Assembly: GCA_964057225.1 (NCBI GenBank)
Contig: OZ059898.1
Coordinates: forward strand, 18,042,001 to 18,106,000
DNA: 64,000 bases
Direction: 5' to 3'
Source: Auanema rhodensis
Taxonomy: Eukaryota; Animalia; Nematoda
The notes under the pieces are model-generated. The model worked only from the letters and a program-made list of their open reading frames with translations, had not been told where the DNA came from and ran no database searches. Positions 15,101 to 30,200 of this stretch are shown here, piece by piece; position 1 is the first letter of the stretch, and each line of letters starts with the position of its first letter. A program made the position numbers and the translations under genes.

Positions 15101-18100
15101 GTATGTAACTCGCTTCACGTGAAAGATAAAGAGATGCGGTTTTCAAAATTAGATTCCTCATGTTCATATTAGTCTAAAAACGAATTTTTATTGATATTGA
15201 TGCATGGTAACCATGACTTTAAAATTTACGTGAACTTTAATTTATGCTAATTAAGTGTACACGTGATGTGCACTTGGTATGTAACTCGCTTCACGTGAAA
15301 GATAAAGAGATGCGGTTTTCAAAATTAGATTCCGCATGTCCATATTAGTCTAAAAACAAATTTTTATTGATATTGGTGCATGGTAACCATGACTTTGAAA
15401 TTTACGTGAACTTTAATTTATGCTAATTAAGTGTACACGTGATGTGCACTTGGAATGTAACTCGCTTCACGTGAAAGATAAAGAGATGCGGTTTTCAAAA
15501 TTAGATTCCCCATGTCCATATTAGTCTAAAAACAAATTTTTATTGATATTGGTGCATGGTAACCATGACTTTGAAATTTACGTGAACTTTAATTTATGCT
15601 AATTAAGTGTACACATGATGTGCACTTGGTATGTAACTAGCTTCACGAGAAAGATAAAAAGATGCGGTTTTCAAATTTAGATTTCGCGTGTCCATATTAG
15701 TCTAAAAACAAATTTTTATTGATATTGGTGCATGGTAACCATGACTTTGAAATTTACGTGAACTTTAATTTATGCTAATTAAGTGTACACGTGATGTGCA
15801 CTTGGTATGTAACTCGCTTCACGTGAAAGATAAAGAGATGCGGTTTTCAAAATTAGATTCCTCATGTTCATATTAGTCTAAAAACGAATTTTTATTGATA
15901 TTGATGCATGGTAACCATGACTTTAAAATTTACGTGAACTTTAATTTATGCTAATTAAGTGTACACATGATGTGCACTTGGTATGTAACTCGCTTCACGT
16001 CAAAGATAAAGAGATGCGGTTTTCAAAATTAGATTCCCCATGTCCATATTAGTCTAAAAACAAATTTTTATTGATATTGGTGCATGGTAACCATGACTTT
16101 GAAATTTACGTGAACTTTAATTTATGCTAATTAAGTGTACACATGATGTGCACTTGGTATGTAACTCGCTTCACGAGAAAGATAAAAAGATGCGGTTTTC
16201 AAATTTAGATTTCGCGTGTCCATATTAGTCTAAAAACAAATTTTTATTGATATTGGTGCATGGTAACCATGACTTTGAAATTTACGTGAACTTTAATTTA
16301 TGCTAATTAAGTGTACACGTGATGTGCACTTGGTATGTAACTCGCTTCACGTGAAAGATAAAGAGATGCGGTTTTCAAAATTAGATTCCTCATGTTCATA
16401 TTAGTCTAAAAACGAATTTTTATTGATATTGGTGCATGGTAACCATGACTTTAAAATTTACGTGAACTTTAATTTATGCTAATTAAGTGTACACATGATG
16501 TGCACTTGGTATGTAACTCGCTTCACGTCAAAGATAAAGAGATGCGGTTTTCAAAATTAGATTCCCCATGTCCATATTAGTCTAAAAACAAATTTTTATT
16601 GATATTGGTGCATGGTAACCATGACTTTGAAATTTACGTGAACTTTAATTTATGCTAATTAAGTGTACACATGATGTGCACTTGGTATGTAACTCGCTTC
16701 ACGTGAAAGATAAAGAGATGCGGTTTTCAAAATTAGATTCCGCATGTCCATATTAGTCTAAAAACAAATTTTTATTGATATTGGTGCATGGTAACCATGA
16801 CTTTGAAATTTACGTGAACTTTAATTTATGCTAATTAAGTGTACACGTGATGTGCACTTGGTATGTAACTCGCTTCACGTGAAAGATAAAGAGATGCGGT
16901 TTTCAAAATTAGATTCCGCATGTCCATATTAGTCTAAAAACAAATTTTTATTGATATTGGTGCATGGTAACCATGACTTTGAAATTTACGTGAACTTTAA
17001 TTTATGCTAATTAAGTGTACACGTGATGTGCACTTGGAATGTAACTCGCTTCACGTGAAAGATAAAGAGATGCGGTTTTCAAAATTAGATTCCCCATGTC
17101 CATATTAGTCTAAAAACAAATTTTTATTGATATTGGTGCATGGTAACCATGACTTTGAAATTTACGTGAACTTTAATTTATGCTAATTAAGTGTACACAT
17201 GATGTGCACTTGGTATGTAACTCGCTTCACGTGAAAGATAAAGAGATGCGGTTTTCAAAATTAGATTCCGCATGTCCATATTAGTCTAAAAACAAATTTT
17301 TATTGATATTGGTGCATGGTAACCATGACTTTGAAATTTACGTGAATTTTAATTTATGCTAATTAAGTGTACACGTGATGTGCACTTGGTATGTAACTCG
17401 CTTCACGTGAAAGATAAAGAGATGCGGTTTTCAAAATTAGATTCCCCATGTCCATATTAGTCTAAAAACAAATTTTTATTGATATTGGTGCATGGTAACC
17501 ATGACTTTGAAATTTACGTGAACTTTAATTTATGCTAATTAAGTGTACACGTGATGTGCACTTGGTATGTAACTCGCTTCACGTGAAAGATAAAGAGATG
17601 CGGTTTTCAAAATTAGATTCCCCATGTCCATATTAGTCTAAAAACAAATTTTTATTGATATTGGTGCATGGCAACCATGACTTTAAAATTTACGTGTACT
17701 TTAATTTATGCTAATTAAGTGTACACATGATGTGCACTTGGTATGTAACTCGCTTCACGAGAAAGATAAAAAGGTGCGGTTTTCAAATTTAGATTTCGCG
17801 TGTCCATATTAGTCTAAAAACAAATTTTTATTGATATTGGTGCATGGTAACCATGACTTTGAAATTTACGTGAACTTTAATTTATGCTAATTAAGTGTAC
17901 ACGTGATGTGCACTTGGTATGTAACTCGTTTCACGTGAAAGATAAAGAGATGCGGTTTTCAAAATTAGATTCCGCATGTCCATATTAGTCTAAAAACAAA
18001 TTTTTATTGATATTGGTGCATGGTAACCATGACTTTGAAATTTACGTGAACTTTAATTTATGCTAATTAAGTGTACACGTGATGTGCACTTGGTATGTAA

Positions 18101-18880
18101 CTCGCTTCACGTGAAAGATAAAGAGATGCGGTTTTCAAAATTAGATTCCCCATGTCCATATTAGTCTAAAAACAAATTTTTATTGATATTGGTGCATGGT
18201 AACCATGACTTTGAAATTTACGTGAACTTTAATTTATGCTAATTAAGTGTACACGTGATGTGCACTTGGTATGTAACTCGCTTCACGTGAAAGATAAAGA
18301 GATGCGGTTTTCAAAATTAGATTCCCCATGTCCATATTAGTCTAAAAACAAATTTTTATTGATATTGGTGCATGGCAACCATGACTTTAAAATTTACGTG
18401 TACTTTAATTTATGCTAATTAAGTGTACACATGATGTGCACTTGGTATGTAACTCGCTTCACGAGAAAGATAAAAAGGTGCGGTTTTCAAATTTAGATTT
18501 CGCGTGTCCATATTAGTCTAAAAACAAATTTTTATTGATATTGGTGCATGGTAACCATGACTTTGAAATTTACGTGAACTTTAATTTATGCTAATTAAGT
18601 GTACACGTGATGTGCACTTGGTATGTAACTCGCTTCACGTGAAAGATAAAGAGATGCGGTTTTCAAAATTAGATTCCGCATGTCCATATTAGTCTAAAAA
18701 CAAATTTTTATTGATATTGGTGCATGGTAACCATGACTTTGAAATTTACGTGAACTTTAATTTATGCTAATTAAGTGTACACGTGATGTGCACTTGGAAT
18801 GTAACTCGCTTCACGTGAAAGATAAAGAGATGCGGTTTTCAAAATTAGATTCCCCATGTCCATATTAGTCTAAAAACAAA

Positions 18881-18896
18881 TTTTTATTTTTTTATT
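18881..18896. repeat. 8-bp tandem duplication (TTTTTATT x2) giving one 184-bp monomer
   Basis: The sequence reads AAA TTTTTATT TTTTTATT GATA, and the downstream register shifts by +8. Confidence 0.95.
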
Positions 18897-21800
18897 GATA
18901 TTGGTGCATGGTAACCATGACATTGAAATTTACGTGAACTTTAATTTATGCTAATTAAGTGTACACATGATGTGCACTTGGTATGTAACTCGCTTCACGA
19001 GAAAGATAAAAAGATGCGGTTTTCAAATTTAGATTTCGCGTGTCCATATTAGTCTAAAAACAAATTTTTATTAATATTGGTGCATGGCAACCATGACTTT
19101 AAAATTTACGTGTACTTTAATTTATGCTAATTAAGTGTACACATGATGTGCACTTGGTATGTAACTCGCTTCACGTCAAAGATAAAGAGATGGGGTTTTC
19201 AAAATTAGATTCCCCATGTCCATATTAGTCTAAAAACAAATTTTTATTAATATTGGTGCATGGTAACCATGACTTTGAAATTTACGTGAACTTTAATTTA
19301 TGCTTATTAAGTGTACACGTGATGTGCACTTGGTATGTAACTCGCTTCACGTGAAAGATAAATGGATGCGGTTTTCAAAATTAGATTCCCCATGCCCATA
19401 TTAGTCTAAAAACAAATTTTTATTGATATTGGTGCATGGCAACCATGACTTTAAAATTTACGTGTACTTTAATTTATGCTAATTAAGTGTACACATGATG
19501 TGCACTTGGTATGTAACTCGCTTCACGTCAAAGATAAAGAGATGCGGTTTTCAAAATTAGATTCCCCATGTCCATATTAGTCTCAAAACAAATTTTTATT
19601 AATATTGGTGCATGGTAACCATGACTTTGAAATTTACGTGAACTTTAATTTATGCTTATTAAGTGTACACGTGATGTGCACTTGGTATGTAACTCGCTTC
19701 ACGTGAAAGATAAAGGGATGCGATTTTCAAAATTAGATTCCCCATGTCCATATTAGTCTAAAAACAAATTATTATTGATATTGGTGCATGGTAACCATGA
19801 CTTTAAAATCAACGTGAACTTTAATTTATGCTAATTAAGTGTACACATGATGTGCACTTGGTATGTAACTCGTTTCACGTCAAAGATAAACAGATGCGGT
19901 TTTCAAAATTAGATTCCCCATGTCCATATTAGTCTAAAAACAAATTTTTATTGATATTGGTGCATGGTAACCATGACTTTGAAATTTACGTGAACTTTAA
20001 TTTATGCTAATTAAGTGTACACATGATGTGCACTTGGTATGTAACTCGCTTCACGTGAAAGATAAAGAGATGCGGTTTTCAAAATTAGATTCCGCATGTC
20101 CATATTAGTCTAAAAACAAATTTTTATTGATATTGGTGCATGGTAACCATGACTTTGAAATTTACGTGAACTTTAATTTATGCTAATTAAGTGTACACGT
20201 GATGTGCACTTGGTATGTAACTCGCTTCACGTGAAAGATAAAGAGATGCGGTTTTCAAAATTAGATTCCCCATGTCCATATTAGTCTAAAAACAAATTTT
20301 TATTGATATTGGTGCATGGCAACCATGACTTTAAAATTTACGTGTACTTTAATTTATGCTAATTAAGTGTACACATGATGTGCACTTGGTATGTAACTCG
20401 CTTCACGTGAAAGATAAAGAGATGCGGTTTTCAAAATTAGATTCCTCATGTTCATATTAGTCTAAAAACGAATTTTTATTGATATTGATGCATGGTAACC
20501 ATGACTTTAAAATTTACGTGAACTTTAATTTATGCTAATTAAGTGTACACGTGATGTGCACTTGGTATGTAACTCGCTTCACGTGAAAGATAAAGAGATG
20601 CGGTTTTCAAAATTAGATTCCGCATGTCCATATTAGTCTAAAAACAAATTTTTATTGATATTGGTGCATGGTAACCATGACTTTGAAATTTACGTGAACT
20701 TTAATTTATGCTAATTAAGTGTACACGTGATGTGCACTTGGAATGTAACTCGCTTCACGTGAAAGATAAAGAGATGCGGTTTTCAAAATTAGATTCCCCA
20801 TGTCCATATTAGTCTAAAAACAAATTTTTATTGATATTGCTGCATGGTAACCATGACTTTGAAATTTACGTGAACTTTAATTTATGCTAATTAAGTGTAC
20901 ACATGATGTGCACTTGGTATGTAACTCGCTTCACGAGAAAGATAAAAAGATGCGGTTTTCAAATTTAGATTTTGCGTGTCCATATTAGTCTAAAAACAAA
21001 TTTTTATTGATATTGGTGCATGGTAACCATGACTTTGAAATTTACGTGAACTTTAATTTATGCTAATTAAGTGTACACGTGATGTGCACTTGGTATGTAA
21101 CTCGCTTCACGTGAAAGATAAAGAGATGCGGTTTTCAAAATTAGATTCCTCATGTTCATATTAGTCTAAAAACGAATTTTTATTGATATTGATGCATGGT
21201 AACCATGACTTTAAAATTTACGTGAACTTTAATTTATGCTAATTAAGTGTACACGTGATGTGCACTTGGAATGTAACTCGCTTCACGTGAAAGATAAAGA
21301 GATGCGGTTTTCAAAATTAGATTCCCCATGTCCATATTAGTCTAAAAACAAATTTTTATTGATATTGGTGCATGGTAACCATGACTTTGAAATTTACGTG
21401 AACTTTAATTTATGCTAATTAAGTGTACACGTGATGTGCACTTGGTATGTAACTCGCTTCACGTGAAAGATAAAGAGATGCGGTTTTCAAAATTAGATTC
21501 CCCATGTCCATATTAGTCTAAAAACAAATTTTTATTGATATTGGTGCATGGTAACCATGACTTTGAAATTTACGTGAACTTTAATTTATGCTAATTAAGT
21601 GTACACGTGATGTGCACTTGGTATGTAACTCGCTTCACGTGAAAGATAAAGAGATGCGGTTTTCAAAATTAGATTCCGCATGTCCATATTAGTCTAAAAA
21701 CAAATTTTTATTGGTATTGGTGCATGGTAACCATGACTTTGAAATTTACGTGAACTTTAATTTATGCTAATTAAGTGTACACGTGATGTGCACTTGGTAT

Positions 21801-24296
21801 GTAACTCGCTTCACGTGAAAGATAAAGAGATGCGGTTTTCAAAATTAGATTCCCCATGTCCATATTAGTCTAAAAACAAATTTTTATTGATATTGGTGCA
21901 TGGTAACCATGACTTTGAAATTTACGTGAACTTTAATTTATGCTAATTAAGTGTACACGTGATGTGCACTTGGTATGTAACTCGCTTCACGAGAAAGATA
22001 AAAAGATGCGGTTTTCAAATTTAGATTTTGCGTGTCCATATTAGTCTAAAAACAAATTTTTATTGATATTGGTGCATGGTAACCATGACTTTGAAATTTA
22101 CGTGAACTTTAATTTATGCTAATTAAGTGTACACGTGATGTGCACTTGGTATGTAACTCGCTTCACGTGAAAGATAAAGAGATGCGGTTTTCAAAATTAG
22201 ATTCCTCATGTTCATATTAGTCTAAAAACGAATTTTTATTGATATTGATGCATGGTAACCATGACTTTAAAATTTACGTGAACTTTAATTTATGCTAATT
22301 AAGTGTACACGTGATGTGCACTTGGAATGTAACTCGCTTTACGTGAAAGATAAAGAGATGCGGTTTTCAAAATTAGATTCCCCATGTCCATATTAGTCTA
22401 AAAACAAATTTTTATTGATATTGGTGCATGGTAACCATGACTTTGAAATTTACGTGAACTTTAATTTATGCTAATTAAGTGTACACATGATGTGCACTTG
22501 GTATGTAACTCGCTTCACGAGAAAGATAAAAAGATGCGGTTTTCAAATTTAGATTTCGCGTGTCCATATTAGTCTAAAAACAAATTTTTATTGATATTGG
22601 TGCATGGTAACCATGACTTTGAAATTTACGTGAACTTTAATTTATGCTAATTAAGTGTACACGTGATGTGCACTTGGTATGTAACTTGCTTCACGTGAAA
22701 GATAAAGAGATGCGGTTTTCAAAATTAGATTCCTCATGTTCATATTAGTCTAAAAACGAATTTTTATTGATATTGATGCATGGTAACCATGACTTTAAAA
22801 TTTACGTGAACTTTAATTTATGCTAATTAAGTGTACACATGATGTGCACTTGGTATGTAACTCGCTTCACGTCAAAGATAAAGAGATGCGGTTTTCAAAA
22901 TTAGATTCCCCATGTCCATATTAGTCTAAAAACAAATTTTTATTGATATTGGTGCATGGTAACCATGACTTTGAAATTTACGTGAACTTTAATTTATGCT
23001 AATTAAGTGTACACATGATGTGCACTTGGTATGTAACTCGCTTCACGTGAAAGATAAAGAGATGCGGTTTTCAAAATTAGATTCCGCATGTCCATATTAG
23101 TCTAAAAACAAATTTTTATTGATATTGGTGCATGGTAACCATGACTTTGAAATTTACGTGAACTTTAATTTATGCTAATTAAGTGTACACATGATGTGCA
23201 CTTGGTATGTAACTCGCTTCACGTCAAAGATAAAGAGATGCGGTTTTCAAAATTAGATTCCCCATGTCCATATTAGTCTAAAAACAAATTTTTATTGATA
23301 TTGGTGCATGGTAACCATGACTTTGAAATTTACGTGAACTTTAATTTATGCTAATTAAGTGTACACATGATGTGCACTTGGTATGTAACTCGCTTCACGT
23401 GAAAGATAAAGAGATGCGGTTTTCAAAATTAGATTCCGCATGTCCATATTAGTCTAAAAACAAATTTTTATTGATATTGGTGCATGGTAACCATGACTTT
23501 GAAATTTACGTGAACTTTAATTTATGCTAATTAAGTGTACACGTGATGTGCACTTGGTATGTAACTCGCTTCACGTGAAAGATAAAGAGATGCGGTTTTC
23601 AAAATTAGATTCCGCATGTCCATATTAGTCTAAAAACAAATTTTTATTGATATTGGTGCATGGTAACCATGACTTTGAAATTTACGTGAACTTTAATTTA
23701 TGCTAATTAAGTGTACACGTGATGTGCACTTGGTATGTAACTCGCTTCACGTGAAAGATAAAGAGATGCGGTTTTCAAAATTAGATTCCGCATGTCCATA
23801 TTAGGCTAAAAACAAATTTTTATTGATATTGGTGCATGGTAACCATGACTTTGAAATTTACGTGAACTTTAATTTATGTTAATTAAGTGTACACATGATG
23901 TGCACTTGGTATGTAACTCGCTTCACGTGAAAGATAAAGAGATGCGGTTTTCAAAATTAGATTCCGCATGTCCATATTAGTCTAAAAACAAATTTTTATT
24001 GATATTGGTGCATGGTAACCATGACTTTGAAATTTACGTGAACTTTAATTTATGCTAATTAAGTGTACACGTGATGTGCACTTGGTATGTAACTCGCTTC
24101 ACGTGAAAGATAAAGAGATGCGGTTTTCAAAATTAGATTCCCCATGTCCATATTAGTCTAAAAACAAATTTTTATTGATATTGGTGCATGGTAACCATGA
24201 CTTTGAAATTTACGTGAACTTTAATTTATGCTAATTAAGTGTACACGTGATGTGCACTTGGTATGTAACTCGCTTCACGTGAAAGATAAAGAGATG

Positions 24297-27200
24297 CGGT
24301 TTTCAAAATTAGATTCCCCATGTCCATATTAGTCTAAAAACAAATTTTTATTGATATTGGTGCATGGCAACCATGACTTTAAAATTTACGTGTACTTTAA
24401 TTTATGCTAATTAAGTGTACACATGATGTGCACTTGGTATGTAACTCGCTTCACGAGAAAGATAAAAAGGTGCGGTTTTCAAATTTAGATTTCGCGTGTC
24501 CATATTAGTCTAAAAACAAATTTTTATTGATATTGGTGCATGGTAACCATGACTTTGAAATTTACGTGAACTTTAATTTATGCTAATTAAGTGTACACGT
24601 GATGTGCACTTGGTATGTAACTCGCTTCACGTGAAAGATAAAGAGATGCGGTTTTCAAAATTAGATTCCGCATGTCCATATTAGGCTAAAAACAAATTTT
24701 TATTGATATTGGTGCATGGTAACCATGACTTTGAAATTTACGTGAACTTTAATTTATGTTAATTAAGTGTACACATGATGTGCACTTGGTATGTAACTCG
24801 CTTCACGTGAAAGATAAAGAGATGCGGTTTTCAAAATTAGATTCCGCATGTCCATATTAGTCTAAAAACAAATTTTTATTGATATTGGTGCATGGTAACC
24901 ATGACTTTGAAATTTACGTGAACTTTAATTTATGCTAATTAAGTGTACACGTGATGTGCACTTGGTATGTAACTCGCTTCACGTGAAAGATAAAGAGATG
25001 CGGTTTTCAAAATTAGATTCCCCATGTCCATATTAGTCTAAAAACAAATTTTTATTGATATTGGTGCATGGTAACCATGACTTTGAAATTTACGTGAACT
25101 TTAATTTATGCTAATTAAGTGTACACGTGATGTGCACTTGGTATGTAACTCGCTTCACGTGAAAGATAAAGAGATGCGGTTTTCAAAATTAGATTCCCCA
25201 TGTCCATATTAGTCTAAAAACAAATTTTTATTGATATTGGTGCATGGCAACCATGACTTTAAAATTTACGTGTACTTTAATTTATGCTAATTAAGTGTAC
25301 ACATGATGTGCACTTGGTATGTAACTCGCTTCACGAGAAAGATAAAAAGGTGCGGTTTTCAAATTTAGATTTCGCGTGTCCATATTAGTCTAAAAACAAA
25401 TTTTTATTGATATTGGTGCATGGTAACCATGACTTTGAAATTTAAGTGAACTTTAATTTATGCTAATTAAGTGTACACGTGATGTGCACTTGGTATGTAA
25501 CTCGCTTCACGTGAAAGATAAAGAGATGCGGTTTTCAAAATTAGATTCCGCATGTCCATATTAGTCTAAAAACAAATTTTTATTGATATTGGTGCATGGT
25601 AACCATGACTTTGAAATTTACGTGAACTTTAATTTATGCTAATTAAGTGTACACGTGATGTGCACTTGGAATGTAACTCGCTTCACGTGAAAGATAAAGA
25701 GATGCGGTTTTCAAAATTAGATTCCCCATGTCCATATTAGTCTAAAAACAAATTTTTATTGATATTGGTGCATGGTAACCATGACATTGAAATTTACGTG
25801 AACTTTAATTTATGCTAATTAAGTGTACACATGATGTGCACTTGGTATGTAACTCGCTTCACGAGAAAGATAAAAAGATGCGGTTTTCAAATTTAGATTT
25901 CGCGTGTCCATATTAGTCTAAAAACAAATTTTTATTGATATTGGTGCATGGTAACCATGACTTTGAAATTTACGTGAACTTTAATTTATGCTAATTAAGT
26001 GTACACGTGATGTGCACTTGGTATGTAACTCGCTTCACGTGAAAGATAAAGAGATGCGGATTTCAAAATTAGATTCCTCATGTTCATATTAGTCTAAAAA
26101 CGAATTTTTATTGATATTGATGCATGGTAACCATGACTTTAAAATTTACGTGAACTTTAATTTATGCTAATTAAGTGTACACGTGATGTGCACTTGGTAT
26201 GTAACTCGCTTCACGTGAAAGATAAAGAGATGCGGTTTTCAAAATTAGATTCCCCATGTCCATATTAGTCTAAAAACAAATTTTTATTGATATTCGTGCA
26301 TGGTAACCATGACTTTGAAATTTACGTGAACTTTAATTTATGCTAATTAAGTGTACACATGATGTGCACTTGGTATGTAACTCGCTTCACGAGAAAGATA
26401 AAAAGATGCGGTTTTCAAATTTCGATTTCGCGTGTCCATATTAGTCTAAAAACAAATTTTTATTGATATTGGTGCATGGTAACCATGACTTTGAAATTTA
26501 CGTGAACTTTAATTTATGCTAATTAAGTGTACACGTGATGTGCACTTGGTATGTAACTCGCTTCACGTGAAAGATAAAGAGATGCGGTTTTCAAAATTAG
26601 ATTCCCCATGTCCATATTAGTCTAAAAACATATTTTTATTGATATTGGTGCATGGTAACCATGACTTTGAAATTTACGTGAATTTTAATTTATGCTAATT
26701 AAGTGTACACATGATGTGCACTTGGTATGTAACTCGCTTCACGAGAGATGCGGATAAAGAGATGCGGTTTTCAAAATTAGATTTCGCATGTCCATATTAG
26801 TCTAAAAACAAATTTTTATTGATATTGGTGCATGGCAACCATGACTTTAAAATTTACGTGTACTTTAATTTATGCTAATTAAGTGTACACATGATGTGCA
26901 CTTGGTATGTAACTCGCTTCACGTGAAAGATAAAGAGATGCGGTTTTCAAAATTAGATTCCTCATGTCCATATTAGTCTAAAAACAAATTTTTATTGATA
27001 TTGGTGCATGGCAACCATGACTTTAAAATTTACGTGTACTTTAATTTATGCTAATTAAGTGTACACATGATGTGCACTTGGTATGTAACTCGCTTCACGT
27101 GAAAGATAAAGTGATGCGGTTTTCAAAATTAGATTCCGCATGTCCATATTAGTCTAAAAACAAATTTTTATTGATATTGGTGCATGGTAACCATGACTTT

Positions 27201-30200
27201 GAAATTTACGTGAACTTTAATTTATGCTAATTAAGTGTACACGTGATGTGCACTTGGTATGTAACTCGCTTCACGTGAAAGATAAAGAGATGCGGTTTTC
27301 AAAATTAGATTCCGCATGTCCATATTAGTCTAAAAACAAATTTTTATTGATATTGGTGCATGGTAACCATGACTTTGAAATTTACGTGAACTTTAATTTA
27401 TGCTAATTAAGTGTACACGTGATGTGCACTTGGAATGTAACTCGCTTCACGTGAAAGATAAAGAGATGCGGTTTTCAAAATTAGATTCCCCATGTCCATA
27501 TTAGTCTAAAAACAAATTTTTATTGATATTGGTGCATGGCAACCATGACTTTAAAATTTACGTGAACTTTAATTTATGCTAATTAAGTGTACACATGATG
27601 TGCACTTGGTATGTAACTCGCTTCACGTCAAAGATAAAGAGATGCGGTTTTCAAAATTAGATTCCGCATGTCCATATTAGTCTAAAAACAAATTTTTATT
27701 GATATTGGTGCATGGTAACCATGACTTTGAAATTTACGTGAACTTTAATTTATGCTAATTAAGTGTACACGTGATGTGCAATTGGAATGTAACTCGCTTC
27801 ACGTGAAAGTTAAAGAGATGCGGTTTTCAAAATTAGATTCCCCATGTCCATATTAGTCTAAAAACAAATTTTTATTGATATTGGTGCATGGCAACCATGA
27901 CTTTAAAATTTACGTGAACTTTAATTTATGCTAATTAAGTGTACACATGATGTGCACTTGGTATGTAACTCGCTTCACGTCAAAGATAAAGAGATGGGGT
28001 TTTCAAAATTAGATTCCCCATGTCCATATTAGTCTAAAAACAAATTTTTATTAATATTGGTGCATGGTAACCATGACTTTGAAATTTACGTGAACTTTAA
28101 TTTATGCTTATTAAGTGTACACGTGATGTGCACTTGGTTTGTAACTCGCTTCACGTGAAAGATAAATGGATGCGGTTTTCAAAATTAGATTCCCCATGCC
28201 CATATTAGTCTAAAAACAAATTTTTATTGATATTGGTGCATGGCAACCATGACTTTAAAATTTACGTGTACTTTAATTTATGCTAATTAAGTGTACACAT
28301 GATGTGCACTTGGTATGTAACTCGCTTCACGTCAAAGATATAGAGATGCGGTTTTCAAAATTAGATTCCCCATGTCCATATTAGTCTAAAAACAAATTTT
28401 TATTAATATTGGTGCATGGTAACCATGACTTTGAAATTTACGTGAACTTTAATTTATGCTTATTAAGTGTACACGTGATGTGCACTTGGTATGTAACTCG
28501 CTTCACGTGAAAGATAAAGGGATGCGATTTTCAAAATTAGATTCCCCATGTCCATATTAGTCTAAAAACAAATTATTATTGATATTGGTGCATGGTAACC
28601 ATGACTTTAAAATCAACGTGAACTTTAATTTATGCTAATTAAGTGTACACATGATGTGCACTTGGTATGTAACTCGCTTCACGTCAAAGATAAACAGATG
28701 CGGTTTTCAAAATTAGATTCCCCATGTCCATATTAGTCTAAAAACAAATTTTTATTGATATTGGTGCATGGTAACCATGACTTTGAAATTTACGTGAACT
28801 TTAATTTATGCTAATTAAGTGTACACATGATGTGCACTTGGTATGTAACTCGCTTCACGTGAAAGATAAAGAGATGCGGTTTTCAAAATTAGATTCCGCA
28901 TGTCCATATTAGTCTAAAAACAAATTTTCATTGATATTGGTGCATGGTAACCATGACTTTGAAATTTACGTGAACTTTAATTTATGCTAATTAAGTGTAC
29001 ACATGATGTGCACTTCGTATGTAACTCGCTTCACGAGAAAGATAAAAAGATGCGGTTTTCAAATTTAGATTTTGCGTGTCCATATTAGTCTAAAAACAAA
29101 TTTTTATTGATATTGGTGCATGGTAACCATGACTTTGAAATTTACGTGAACTTTAATTTATGCTAATTAAGTGTACACGTGATGTGCACTTGGTATGTAA
29201 CTCGCTTCACGTGAAAGATAAAGAGATGCGGTTTTCAAAATTAGATTCCTCATGTTCATATTAGTCTAAAAACGAATTTTTATTGATATTGATGCATGGT
29301 AACCATGACTTTAAAATTTACGTGAACTTTAATTTATGCTAATTAAGTGTACACGTGATGTGCACTTGGAATGTAACTCGCTTCACGTGAAAGATAAAGA
29401 GATGCGGTTTTCAAAATTAGATTCCCCATGTCCATATTAGTCTAAAAACAAATTTTTATTGATATTGGTGCATGGTAACCATGACTTTGAAATTTACGTG
29501 AACTTTAATTTATGCTAATTAAGTGTACACATGATGTGCACTTGGTATGTAACTCGCTTCACGAGAAAGATAAAAAGATGCGGTTTTCAAATTTAGATTT
29601 CGCGTGTCCATATTAGTCTAAAAACAAATTTTTATTGATATTGGTGCATGGTAACCATGACTTTGAAATTTACGTGAACTTTAATTTATGCTAATTAAGT
29701 GTACACGTGATGTGCACTTGGTATGTAACTCGCTTCACGTGAAAGATAAAGAGATGCGGTTTTCAAAATTAGATTCCTCATGTTCATATTAGTCTAAAAA
29801 CGAATTTTTATTGATATTGATGCATGGTAACCATGACTTTAAAATTTACGTGAACTTTAATTTATGCTAATTAAGTGTACACATGATGTGCACTTGGTAT
29901 GTAACTCGCTTCACGTCAAAGATAAAGAGATGCGGTTTTCAAAATTAGATTCCCCATGTCCATATTAGTCTAAAAACAAATTTTTATTGATATTGGTGCA
30001 TGGTAACCATGACTTTGAAATTTACGTGAACTTTAATTTATGCTAATTAAGTGTACACATGATGTGCACTTGGTATGTAACTCGCTTCACGTGAAAGATA
30101 AAGAGATGCGGTTTTCAAAATTAGATTCCGCATGTCTATATTAGTCTAAAAACAAATTTTTATTGATATTGGTGCATGGTAACCATGACTTTGAAATTTA

